From: an uncultured Thermoanaerobaculia bacterium
GTDB taxonomy: Bacteria; Acidobacteriota; Thermoanaerobaculia; Thermoanaerobaculales; Sulfomarinibacteraceae
Length of the DNA stretch: 64,000 nt
Direction: 5' to 3'
NCBI GenBank assembly: GCA_964552395.1
Contig: CAZKGM010000008.1
Coordinates: 24,063 to 88,062 of the forward strand
Made by a program: the position numbers and the translations under genes
Part shown: positions 1 to 8,285 of the stretch, piece after piece
Layout of the letters: the number at the start of each line of letters is the position of its first letter
Numbering within the stretch: the stretch's first letter is position 1
Notes under the pieces: model-generated
What the model saw: only the letters and a program-made list of their open reading frames with translations
Database searches by the model: none
Told to the model about the DNA's origin: nothing

Positions 1-1
1 T

Positions 2-712
2 GATCGCTTCCGAGACCCGGCGTTCATGCTGCTGCTGTGGACGGGAGTCGGGCTGCTGCCAGCGGTCCTTCTCAGACACGTGGAGTTTCGACGCCTCCTG
101 CTTGTCGAGCTCGCAGCGGAGGTGCTGGCGGCCATCATGCTGACGGAGGCGGGCCGGCTCGCAGCTCGGTCGCGTGGAGGACGCCGAGCCATGTTCTTGG
201 CCGTTCCGCTCATCGTCGTCGCCTGGGCCGCCGTCGCTACGTACACGTTTTGGGACCGTGTCACGGTGTTCGAAAGTCGCAGCTCGACCTACTGGGTACA
301 GCTCGTGGACGACATTCGCGGGCGGCTGGGCAAAGAGGGCATTGTGGCAGTCGTGGCGGCCAACCGGGACCAGACCGCCGAGCACCTTGATGCGATCCGG
401 CTTGGCGCCTACGGCCAGGTGCGTGCCCTCGCCCAGCGAGGCGTGCCGTTGGAACGCGCCGTGCAGGTGGTGCCTGTGCAAGACGCCCAGACGGCCATCC
501 AAGGGGACCTGAGGAAGGGCGTCCCGGTGCGAGTGGTGCTGTCGCGGAGCCTGGCCGACGACAAGCCACTGGCACAGAAACTCGAGCGCGTCGTCTACTC
601 GTTGGATCCGAAGGCTCACCGGGAGGGCGTGGTAGATCAGCTTGGCAACGTCGCCCTGATCGCATGGACTGTTGCACCGGCGCAACCGGAGCCCGGACCC
701 CTGCAGCCTTAG
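2..712 (+). CDS. C-terminal part of a membrane protein entering from the left window edge (partial; possibly another GT-C-like protein)
   Basis: The frame is open from nt 2 to the stop at 710-712; the listed ORF 26..712 is the in-window part. There are two hydrophobic helices (LLLWTGVGLLPAVLL; MFLAVPLIVVAWAAVATYTF) followed by a soluble tail of about 150 aa. No catalytic motif was recognised. The function is guessed only from the neighbouring genes. Confidence 0.4.
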   Translation, partial: DRFRDPAFMLLLWTGVGLLPAVLLRHVEFRRLLLVELAAEVLAAIMLTEAGRLAARSRGGRRAMFLAVPLIVVAWAAVATYTFWDRVTVFESRSSTYWVQLVDDIRGRLGKEGIVAVVAANRDQTAEHLDAIRLGAYGQVRALAQRGVPLERAVQVVPVQDAQTAIQGDLRKGVPVRVVLSRSLADDKPLAQKLERVVYSLDPKAHREGVVDQLGNVALIAWTVAPAQPEPGPLQP

Positions 713-753
713 CCGGCGGCGTCCGCGGTGCCGGCGACACGCCTTGCCTCGGG

Positions 754-2946
754 CTACGGATGCCGCGGGCCGACCGGCTCGGGCGGGACCCCAGCTTTTT
801 CCGGCTGGAGGTCGACCACAACGACCGTCAGCCGGTAGTCGGGGTTGGGACCGGCGAGCTCGCTCACCCGGGACCTGGGGTAACGCCGCAGAGCTTCTTG
901 CAGGTCTGCGATAGCGGGCGGCTGCTGCTCACCGTGGACCACGGTCTGAAAGAGGAACACGGCCCGTTTCCAGTCCTTGATGCCCCTCAGGGGGTGGATC
1001 AGCGGGCGCAGCTTGGTCCACGTGTACCACGGCGTTCGCGGCAGTGAGCTCAGGCCTGAGGCTGGATCTTCGAGCAGCCGGGGGAATGGTGCGACACCGT
1101 CAGCACACGGGATCCAAGCGACCGGAAAGCGGTCCTTCTCGGCCAAGGTGTCAAGTAGGAGATAGGTGGTCATCGCGGGAAGGTTGGGGTGGGACGCATC
1201 GAGCACAGCGATCGTGCCGGGCTCGAGATAGGGCCGAAGGGAGCGCAGGCTGACCTCGATGCCGGGGGTCCCGGCAGGGTAGTTGGCGCCGGAAAACCAG
1301 AGGAAGGACTGCAAGGCCGCCAGACACGAGAAGGCCACGATGGCCGTTGCGGAGATGGCAAGACGGAGCGCGCGACGGTGCTGTGTGGCCCAGTGCCAGA
1401 GGACGGAGAATCCGACCCCGCCAAGGACCAGCAGGGCGGGGTACAGGGTGGCGGCGCGCTTGACGTAGCCCTCTGACGACAGAACCGACGGCAGGACGGC
1501 GGCGATCGCCCATGCCAGGACGACTCGGGAACGCCGGAGTGTCGGCACGAGGCATGCGAGACAGATCCCGAGCACCGCGAATGGCAGCGCTGTCCAGTTG
1601 AGCGATCTCTGAAGGAAGTCGGGAGCCGTCGGGAGGAATGTCTGGTGGAAGAGGTTTGGCACCCGGTAGAAGAGCCCGCTCAGGAGCTCGAGCGTGTTCC
1701 TGCCGGTCAGGTGAAGAATCTGCAGGAGAGCGTCGGAGAGAGCATGCACCGGAGCTGCGTCCCATGATGTGCGGTTGCCGAACTCGTGGACGAGGTCAGG
1801 GAACTGCCACCGGTGCGAGGCGATCAGCCACGGCAGGGGGATCGATGCCGCCCACAGTGCGAGGCCCGAGACAACGGCCAAAAGTGGCTTGAAGCCCAGG
1901 CGCCGGATCCGGGGAGAGCGTGTCAGGTAGGCGGTCCCGAACACGAACACCGGTATCAGGACCGCGCTTTGTCCGGATGGGTAGGTCTGCCAGCTGGCGC
2001 CCATCGCCAGGGCGAGCAGGGCGAAATCCAGCGGCCGGCGGCGTTCCTCCGCGCGGAACAGGGCGAGACACACGATGAGGGGCGCCCACAGCGTCGAGGC
2101 ATGCGGGTGGACGTCGCTGCGGCCCCAGCCGATCTGCAGCGGATCCAGAACGAAGAAGGAGGTCGCGAGCAGGGCGGCGGGTCGACCCCCCACCCGTCGG
2201 GCGACGGCGTAGAGGAGAGGCACCGAGGCCAGCGACACGAGCGCAGCGGCGACCCGGATCGAGAGCACCGTGGATCCGAGGAGGTGTGTCGTCAGCCATA
2301 CGGGCAGGTAGAAGGAAAGGTGCAGCGGCGCCCACGGGCCGTTCTTGCCGGCATCGGCCAGCCACATGCCGTGTAGGCTGGTGGCGCCGGCGTAGTACGG
2401 CGCCAGCTCGCCCTCGAAGTAGTCGACGATCCTGTCGAGCTGGTAGAACCGGAACAGCGCGGCGACGAGGATCAGGAGCACCAGGGCCAGAACATCGGTG
2501 CGATCCCACACCGCCGTTCGGGGAGCCGCGTGCCGCCACGCCGTGGCGTCGGTCCTGGCAACCTTGATCAGGCCGCAGGCGGCCAGGCCGCCTCCGACAA
2601 GCCACAGCCCGGCGCCGGCGGTCGGATGTCTCAGAACCAGCGCGACCTGGCCCCAGGTGGCGGCAACCAGGCCGGCGATCAGCCACCGGGTGGGAGCGTA
2701 CCGGCCAGCGGCCCTTCCCAGCGCGGCCCAGCACCAGAGAGCGGTGAGAGCAGTCGCTACCCCCACGGTCAACGGGCCAAAACGGGAGGCGATCGCCGCG
2801 CCTGCCGCGACCAACCAGTCCATGAGAGGCGCTGCGACAGCCCAGACCTCGCAACGGGCAGCCTGGTCGTGCACAGCGACGGCCACGAAAAGGGCGCTCA
2901 CGCCGAAGAAGGCGCCGGCAACCAGGACTCCCGCCCCCCGCTTCAC
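754..2946 (-). CDS. Polytopic membrane glycosyltransferase-like protein, GT-C fold (ArnT/PMT, GT39/GT83-like)
   Basis: 730-aa ORF with many hydrophobic helices across the first ~470 aa and then a soluble C-terminal domain. The early loop FRFYQLDRIVDYFEGELAPYY and the overall architecture resemble ArnT/PMT-type lipid-linked sugar transferases. This is a family-level call only. Confidence 0.55.
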   Translation of the reverse strand: MKRGAGVLVAGAFFGVSALFVAVAVHDQAARCEVWAVAAPLMDWLVAAGAAIASRFGPLTVGVATALTALWCWAALGRAAGRYAPTRWLIAGLVAATWGQVALVLRHPTAGAGLWLVGGGLAACGLIKVARTDATAWRHAAPRTAVWDRTDVLALVLLILVAALFRFYQLDRIVDYFEGELAPYYAGATSLHGMWLADAGKNGPWAPLHLSFYLPVWLTTHLLGSTVLSIRVAAALVSLASVPLLYAVARRVGGRPAALLATSFFVLDPLQIGWGRSDVHPHASTLWAPLIVCLALFRAEERRRPLDFALLALAMGASWQTYPSGQSAVLIPVFVFGTAYLTRSPRIRRLGFKPLLAVVSGLALWAASIPLPWLIASHRWQFPDLVHEFGNRTSWDAAPVHALSDALLQILHLTGRNTLELLSGLFYRVPNLFHQTFLPTAPDFLQRSLNWTALPFAVLGICLACLVPTLRRSRVVLAWAIAAVLPSVLSSEGYVKRAATLYPALLVLGGVGFSVLWHWATQHRRALRLAISATAIVAFSCLAALQSFLWFSGANYPAGTPGIEVSLRSLRPYLEPGTIAVLDASHPNLPAMTTYLLLDTLAEKDRFPVAWIPCADGVAPFPRLLEDPASGLSSLPRTPWYTWTKLRPLIHPLRGIKDWKRAVFLFQTVVHGEQQPPAIADLQEALRRYPRSRVSELAGPNPDYRLTVVVVDLQPEKAGVPPEPVGPRHP

Positions 2947-3002
2947 GGCGGCAATCGTACATGATCCCTTGCAACCCTGGATGTTCCCGTTACAGTTGAG
3001 AC

Positions 3003-5405
3003 GTGTTGGGCGGTACGACCTCCCGCCGGCGACTCGTTGCCTGGGCCGCGCTGCTGGTGCTGAGCCTGGGGCTTCACCTGTGGCGGCTGGGGGTGCGATC
3101 GTTCCACCACGACGAGGCCATTCACGCTTCGCTTTCCTTCAACCTCGCCCAGCACGGGACCTACCGCTACGATCCCACCTATCACGGGCCGCTGCTGTAC
3201 GCACTGACCGCCGCCGGGTTCACGGTCCTTGGCGACTCCGATTTCACCGCACGCCTTCCGATCGCGCTCGCCGGCGTCCTGCTGCTGGGAGTGGCGTGGA
3301 GCCTGCGGCGCGAGATCGGCGAGCGGGCGGCGTGGTGGACGGGTTTGCTGGTCACCATTTCGCCGGTGTTCCTGTACTACGGCCGCTTCCTGCGCATGGA
3401 CGTGCTGGAGGTGCTGACGGTGACGGCGGCGCTGGTCGCCTTCCTGCGGCTCGTACGCGGGAGCGTCCGCGCCTGGCCGTGGCTCGGGCTGTGGGCCGGG
3501 CTCGCCCTCGCCACCAAGGAGACCGCATACGTGACCGCCTTCCTGCTGGGCCTGACGGTGCTCGTCATGGCGGTCGGACGGGGGTTGGCCGGCCCCGTCT
3601 CGGCGGGCGGCAGATGGCTCTTCGAGCACCGCTTCGGTGTTGCCACATCGCTGCTGGTTGCCGTGGCCGTGGCGGTGCCGCTGTACACAGTCCTGTTCCG
3701 GTGGCCGCAGGACGCGATGTTCCCGGTCAAGGCGGTGTCGTACTGGTGGCACCAGCACAGCATCGAGAGGGTGCGAGGGCCGTGGTGGTACCACTTGCCG
3801 CGCCTCGTCCAGTACGAGCTCCTGCCCCTGGCGGCGGCCACGGTGCTGATGCTGCGCAGGCGGGCGAAGCGTCCGCTGGAGGTCTTCCTCTTCACCTTCG
3901 GCGTGCTGTCGATCGTCATGTACTGCTACCTGGGCGAAAAGGTGCCGTGGCTGGAGGTTCATCAGGTGTGGCCGTTCATCCCGCTGGCGGGGATCGAGCT
4001 GGCAGAGGTCTTCGGCGGACGGCGGCGCTGGCCCAAGGCGGTCGCCGGCGCGGCCCTTCTGCTCACCGCCGCCACGGCGGTGACGGCGGCGTTCGTTACT
4101 GACGAGATCTCCCCGTCACTGCCGCGGGTCGAGTCGCTGGTGTACGTCCAGACCTGTCCGGAGGCGGTCGCGCTGGCGCGGGCGGGCGAGAAGTTGAGCG
4201 CGAGCGGGGGGCCGGTGGCAGCGGTCAGCGGCCAGGCCGAATGGCCCCTGTCATGGTACTGGCGGCACCTCGACGTCTGGTGGGGGTTGCCGCCGCCCGG
4301 CATGCGCCCGCCGCTGGCGGTGTGCGATCCCGAGCAGGAGGCGGAGCTCCGCACCCGGCTCGGGCCGGTCTACAGTGCCAGGCGGATCCCGCTGCGGGCG
4401 TGGTGGGTGCCGGCCGGGACCCACCCGAGCCTCGGCGATGTCGTGCGCTACCTGCTGACTCGGAGGCCCTGGTCGGCGATCGGCTCGACCGACGTTGTCG
4501 TGCTCGAGCGGCAGGCGTCGCCGGCCGCCATGGTTCGCGAGGTGGCGGTGCCGCAGGTGCTGCGAGACCAGCTCGGCGTGACGGCGGTCGAGGCTCTCGG
4601 GGAGGGCTACCTGAGTTCGCCAAGGGGGCTCGCCGTCTCCGGTCGGCGGCTCGCCGTGGCCGACCCGGGCCTGTCACAGATCGTCTTCTTCGACCTATCC
4701 GGCAAGCCGCTCGACATCTCCCTGGCGACCGAGCTGAAGGAGCCGGAGGACGTCGCCTGGTTGCCGGGCGGTGTGCTCGCCGTTGCCGACACCTGGAACC
4801 ACCGGGTGCTGGTCACCGACCCTGCCTCCGACAAGGTGAGACCGGTGCCCGAGCCTGACGGCGGCTGGTACGGGCCCAGGTCGGTCGCTGTCTCCCCGGG
4901 GGGCACGCTCGCCGTCAGCGATACCGGCAACAAGCGCATCGTGCTGATCGCGCCGGGCGGCCGGCGCGTCTGGACCATCGGGGGGCCGGGCTCGAGGCCC
5001 GGTGAGCTGGACGAGCCGGTGGGCATCGCTTGGCTGGGCAGGCGGCGGCTGCTGGTGTGCGACACCGGCAACCACAGGCTGCAGGTGTTGAGTCAAGACG
5101 GGCGCGTGCAGCAGGTCGTACCGCTTCCCGCGGCCTGGCCGGACCGCTACTCGCGGCCGCAGGTCGCCGTGCTTTCTCCCGATCGCTGGGTTGTCAGCGA
5201 CACCCCGAACCGGGCGCTGTGGGTGATCCGGGATGGCCGTCCGGCGCGGGTCGACCTGGCGGTGCTCGGCATTGCGCCGACCGGTGTCGCCTGGTCCGCC
5301 CCGCTCCTGCTGGTTGGCGATGCGGGCGGGCGCGTGTGGAGGCTCGAGGTCGCGCCTGGGAGCAGCGGCGGCGCTGTGGCCCGGTCAGGCTCGGCGACGC
5401 GGTAA
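3003..5405 (+). CDS. GT-C-like membrane protein (TIGR03663/Agl23-like N-terminal domain) fused to a C-terminal NHL-repeat beta-propeller
   Basis: 800 aa with a GTG start at 3003. The N-terminal polytopic domain carries FHHDEAIHA...YRYDPTYHGPLLY, which I recognise as the TIGR03663-family signature. The C-terminal ~300 aa has repeated NHL-type strands (DTWNHRVLV, DTGNKRIVLI, DTGNHRLQVL, DTPNRALWVI). Confidence 0.6.
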   Translation: MLGGTTSRRRLVAWAALLVLSLGLHLWRLGVRSFHHDEAIHASLSFNLAQHGTYRYDPTYHGPLLYALTAAGFTVLGDSDFTARLPIALAGVLLLGVAWSLRREIGERAAWWTGLLVTISPVFLYYGRFLRMDVLEVLTVTAALVAFLRLVRGSVRAWPWLGLWAGLALATKETAYVTAFLLGLTVLVMAVGRGLAGPVSAGGRWLFEHRFGVATSLLVAVAVAVPLYTVLFRWPQDAMFPVKAVSYWWHQHSIERVRGPWWYHLPRLVQYELLPLAAATVLMLRRRAKRPLEVFLFTFGVLSIVMYCYLGEKVPWLEVHQVWPFIPLAGIELAEVFGGRRRWPKAVAGAALLLTAATAVTAAFVTDEISPSLPRVESLVYVQTCPEAVALARAGEKLSASGGPVAAVSGQAEWPLSWYWRHLDVWWGLPPPGMRPPLAVCDPEQEAELRTRLGPVYSARRIPLRAWWVPAGTHPSLGDVVRYLLTRRPWSAIGSTDVVVLERQASPAAMVREVAVPQVLRDQLGVTAVEALGEGYLSSPRGLAVSGRRLAVADPGLSQIVFFDLSGKPLDISLATELKEPEDVAWLPGGVLAVADTWNHRVLVTDPASDKVRPVPEPDGGWYGPRSVAVSPGGTLAVSDTGNKRIVLIAPGGRRVWTIGGPGSRPGELDEPVGIAWLGRRRLLVCDTGNHRLQVLSQDGRVQQVVPLPAAWPDRYSRPQVAVLSPDRWVVSDTPNRALWVIRDGRPARVDLAVLGIAPTGVAWSAPLLLVGDAGGRVWRLEVAPGSSGGAVARSGSATR

Positions 5406-5463
5406 TTGTCAAAGGTTCTTGAAAGGGCTCGCTGTGCCCTTGACTCCCGATTGGCGGGGCCGG

Positions 5464-6132
5464 ATGATGAAAGCGATGGGTAACCATGTCCAGGAGTATG
5501 TGTTCAGAGGACGACGGCACGGGACGGACCGCTGCGTCGGCCGGGCGGCTCGTTCACGCGAGCTTGGCTTCACGCTGATGGAGGCGCTGGTCGTGGTGGC
5601 GATCCTCGGCATCGTTCTTGCCGTCGCCATCCCGAACATGCAGCGGGCACGCGTGCGGGCGCACATGCTCGAGCAGGTCCGCTCCCTGAAGCAGGCGGCG
5701 GCGCTGGGCCGCATCTACGCCATCAGGAACGGATCCACGGTGGTTCTCGGCGTCCCGGAGGGGTCCGGAGTCACGGTCACCATGTGGGTCGACAACGGCG
5801 CGACCCCGCTCGTGTATGACGACGGTGAGATGGTGCTGGAACGGTGGCGCATCGCCGACGACGTCAGCCTCGCCGAAGCGACAGACGCAACCCGCAGGCT
5901 GCGGCCGTTGTCTGCAGGTGCCAAGGGCATCGTCTTTCGCGCTGACGGCGTCGTGGAGTCCAACGTGACGCCGCCGCACGACAGCGGCTACGGCGCCGTC
6001 GAGCTCACGGGGCCTTTTGGCAATGATCTGCGGATCAGCGTCCTCGGCGGTCCCGGGACAACCGTCGTCGAGATGAAGGACGCTTCCGCTTCCGGGGGCT
6101 GGACCACCGACATGAAGTACTGGAGGTACTGA
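5464..6132 (+). CDS. Type IV pilus minor pilin / pseudopilin, GspH-FimT-like
   Basis: Prepilin cleavage/methylation motif ...RELG|FTLMEALVVVAILGIVLAVAIPNM with Glu at +5. The following ARVRAHMLEQVRSLKQAAALGRIYAI helix is typical of GspH/FimT. The start is uncertain: ATG at 5464/5467/5476 or GTG near 5500. Any of these gives an unusually long leader of 23-35 aa. The listed ORF start at 5233 is an upstream in-frame extension overlapping the previous gene. Confidence 0.7.
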   Translation: MMKAMGNHVQEYVFRGRRHGTDRCVGRAARSRELGFTLMEALVVVAILGIVLAVAIPNMQRARVRAHMLEQVRSLKQAAALGRIYAIRNGSTVVLGVPEGSGVTVTMWVDNGATPLVYDDGEMVLERWRIADDVSLAEATDATRRLRPLSAGAKGIVFRADGVVESNVTPPHDSGYGAVELTGPFGNDLRISVLGGPGTTVVEMKDASASGGWTTDMKYWRY

Positions 6133-6626
6133 TGAGGGAGGCGTCGACGGGCGCTCGGCAGCGGGGCTTTTCTCTGATCGAGGTTCTCGTCGCGCTGGCG
6201 ATCCTGGGGTTTGTGGTGCTCGGGATCGTGGGCCTGTTCTCGCGGTCGGTGCTCGAGAACGCGAGCGGGTTCGATTATGCACGCCTGTCCGCCGTCGCCC
6301 GGCACATCGTTGAGGACATGCAGTCCCGGCCGTTCACCGACCCGGTGCTGGCGGCTGGAACGAGGCAGTGGACGGGCACTTTGCCGCAGGGATTCAGAGT
6401 CGACTATGCAGTAGAGGATTTCAGGGTCTTCAACTGGGCCGAGGTCCAGGCCACTCCCTGGCCGGCGCCGGCGCCGACCGCGGTGCCGACGCCCGGGGTG
6501 CCGACGCCGGTCCCGGGCGCCAACACCGTGGCCAACCTGAAGCGGGTGACCTTGCATATCCGCACGACCAAGGTGGCCGGCATCGGGCTGCGGGACTTCG
6601 TGGTCACCGCGCTGATTGCACCGTAG
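6132..6626 (+). CDS. pilV: Type IV pilus minor pilin, PilV-like
   Basis: N-terminus RQRG|FSLIEVLVALAILGFVVLGIVGLF is a class III signal peptide with E+5. The ATG overlaps the previous stop (ATGA at 6129-6132). Its position is second in a minor-pilin operon. Confidence 0.7.
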   Translation: MREASTGARQRGFSLIEVLVALAILGFVVLGIVGLFSRSVLENASGFDYARLSAVARHIVEDMQSRPFTDPVLAAGTRQWTGTLPQGFRVDYAVEDFRVFNWAEVQATPWPAPAPTAVPTPGVPTPVPGANTVANLKRVTLHIRTTKVAGIGLRDFVVTALIAP

Positions 6627-6631
6627 GAGTC

Positions 6632-7711
6632 ATGAGCATGCAGGACAACGAGCTGAGCCGGGGATTCACCCTCATCGAGATGCTCATTGCGGTCGCCGTC
6701 TTGGTGGTCGTGTTCGTGGGCCTGCTGGGGATGCTCGAGAGCTCGTCGAGGGTTTCCAAGGTCGAGTCCGAGCTGGCCGACGTGCAGGAGAACGTGCGCT
6801 ACGCAACCTACGCCCTGGTCCGTGTCGTGCGTACCGCGGGCGGTACGAACCTGCCCCTGGCCCAGATGGTGGGTGGCAGCCTCAACTGGGTGTCCCTGCA
6901 GATCCTGGACAACCAGACGGCGGCCTTCACCGATGACATGAGCGGCAGTCACACCCCGTTCCCGGGCAGCGACGTGCTCCTCGTCCGTGGGTTTTTCCAG
7001 TACCCGGTGTACTTCGTCGATCCCCATATTGACGTCGACGTCTCCGCGGGGACGGTGACCCTGAAGGCAACCACCGGCGGCTCCGGCATGACCCAGGCGG
7101 TGCCAGCCACCGGAACGGAGATCACCGGCAAGGGGCTGGTGCTGATCGGCCGCAACCAGTACGCGGTGGCCACGATCACGGGTGGGACCGCCAGCGGCAG
7201 CGACATGACGGTGACCTTTGCCGGCGGCGGCAGCGACACCTGGAACACGCTCAACCCCGGTGGCAGCTATACGCCTCCCGGGTTCGACGTCTACCAGGTG
7301 GGGATTCTCGATTCATACGCCTTCTTTGTCGACCAGTCGTACCAGCTGATGCGGTGGCGCGCGGGGGCGAGCGGCGGGGTCACCGAGCCGGTGGCCCTCG
7401 GCATCGGCGGCTTCCAGGTGGCGCTGGAGCTGAGGGTCGACACCAACGGCGATGGGGTCCCGGATACTCCCCAGTGGTTCTACACCGGTGGCGCCGGCGC
7501 CCCCACCGACCCACAAGCGGTGAACGGCGAGCCGCTGATGCTGCGCCTGACGGTTCTCGGCCGAACGTCCTTTCCGGTCCCCAACTGGGGCGAGCCGACT
7601 GCCACCTTCAACGTCGAAAACATGGATCCCACGACCGTGACTCCGTCCATGCGCCGGTCCAAGTGGCGCACCCTGCAGGTGCAGGCGGCGTTGCGGGACT
7701 TCGTGCTGTGA
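6632..7711 (+). CDS. pilW: Type IV pilus minor pilin, PilW-like
   Basis: The in-frame ATG at 6632 gives MSMQDNELSRG|FTLIEMLIAVAVLVVVFVGLLGM. This is followed by ...VQENVRYATYALVRVVRTAG, which is typical of PilW. The listed ORF start at 6368 overlaps pilV and was rejected. Confidence 0.7.
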   Translation: MSMQDNELSRGFTLIEMLIAVAVLVVVFVGLLGMLESSSRVSKVESELADVQENVRYATYALVRVVRTAGGTNLPLAQMVGGSLNWVSLQILDNQTAAFTDDMSGSHTPFPGSDVLLVRGFFQYPVYFVDPHIDVDVSAGTVTLKATTGGSGMTQAVPATGTEITGKGLVLIGRNQYAVATITGGTASGSDMTVTFAGGGSDTWNTLNPGGSYTPPGFDVYQVGILDSYAFFVDQSYQLMRWRAGASGGVTEPVALGIGGFQVALELRVDTNGDGVPDTPQWFYTGGAGAPTDPQAVNGEPLMLRLTVLGRTSFPVPNWGEPTATFNVENMDPTTVTPSMRRSKWRTLQVQAALRDFVL

Positions 7712-7715
7712 GGAA

Positions 7716-8276
7716 ATGATGACGGAAAGAAACGCCGAGCCTGTCGAGAGCTGTACCGCCGAGGAGATCGGCCGCGCCGCCGGCGAGCGCGGATTCGCGC
7801 TCATCCTGGCGCTGATGGTGGCGCTGGTCCTGGCCTTCTTGGGCGTCGGCCTGTTGCTCCAGACCTCCCTCGGCCTGCAGGCGAGCGGCGCCGACCGCTG
7901 GGTGGTCAAGTCCCTCAACGCGGCGGACGCCGGCGTCATGATGGAGATCGAGCTGATTCAGTCCGGGTATGTCCTCGATCCCAACACCCTTCCCGGCGCC
8001 AACAACAACCGCTTCGTTCTTCAGGACGACCCCTCGCTTCCGGGCCTGCTGCGGGGCGAGTACGAGGTTCGGATCGGACGTCTGTGCGAGGTCCAGCCGG
8101 CGACGCCGATTATCGGCTGGGAGGAGCAGTACCGGCAGCGGTACCTGCACGTCGAAAGCCGCGCCACCCGCTCGATCGGCGCCCTGGTCGGCACGACCGG
8201 CGCACAGGTGCGGGCCGACGTCACGATCTGGCCTTTCGACATGACCAACATCACTCCTCTGACGAGATGCTACTAG
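7716..8276 (+). CDS. pilX: Type IV pilus minor pilin, PilX-like (non-canonical leader, no E+5)
   Basis: N-terminus ...GERG|FALILALMVALVLAFLGVGLLLQTSL...SLNAADAGV matches the PilX N-terminal pattern. It is fourth in the operon, 4 nt after the pilW stop. Confidence 0.6.
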   Translation: MMTERNAEPVESCTAEEIGRAAGERGFALILALMVALVLAFLGVGLLLQTSLGLQASGADRWVVKSLNAADAGVMMEIELIQSGYVLDPNTLPGANNNRFVLQDDPSLPGLLRGEYEVRIGRLCEVQPATPIIGWEEQYRQRYLHVESRATRSIGALVGTTGAQVRADVTIWPFDMTNITPLTRCY

Positions 8277-8285
8277 GGGGCGAAG

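Noticed and set aside
1796-4102. Large shadow ORFs overlapping the glycosyltransferase-like genes: 1796..2974(-) of 392 aa, 2498..4102(+) of 534 aa and 2943..3962(-) of 339 aa.
   Set aside because: These are typical high-GC out-of-frame or antisense ORFs. They are Arg/Pro/Gly/Ala-rich with no motifs, and each overlaps a frame that encodes a coherent polytopic membrane protein.
5406-5463. Search for a sigma54 (TGGCAC-N5-TTGC) or sigma70 promoter in front of the minor-pilin operon. Candidate elements seen were TTGTCA, TTGAAA, TTGACT and TGGCGGGGCC.
   Set aside because: None of the -35-like hexamers has a matching -10 at 16-19 nt, and the TGGC element lacks the TTGC half-site. No promoter call was made.
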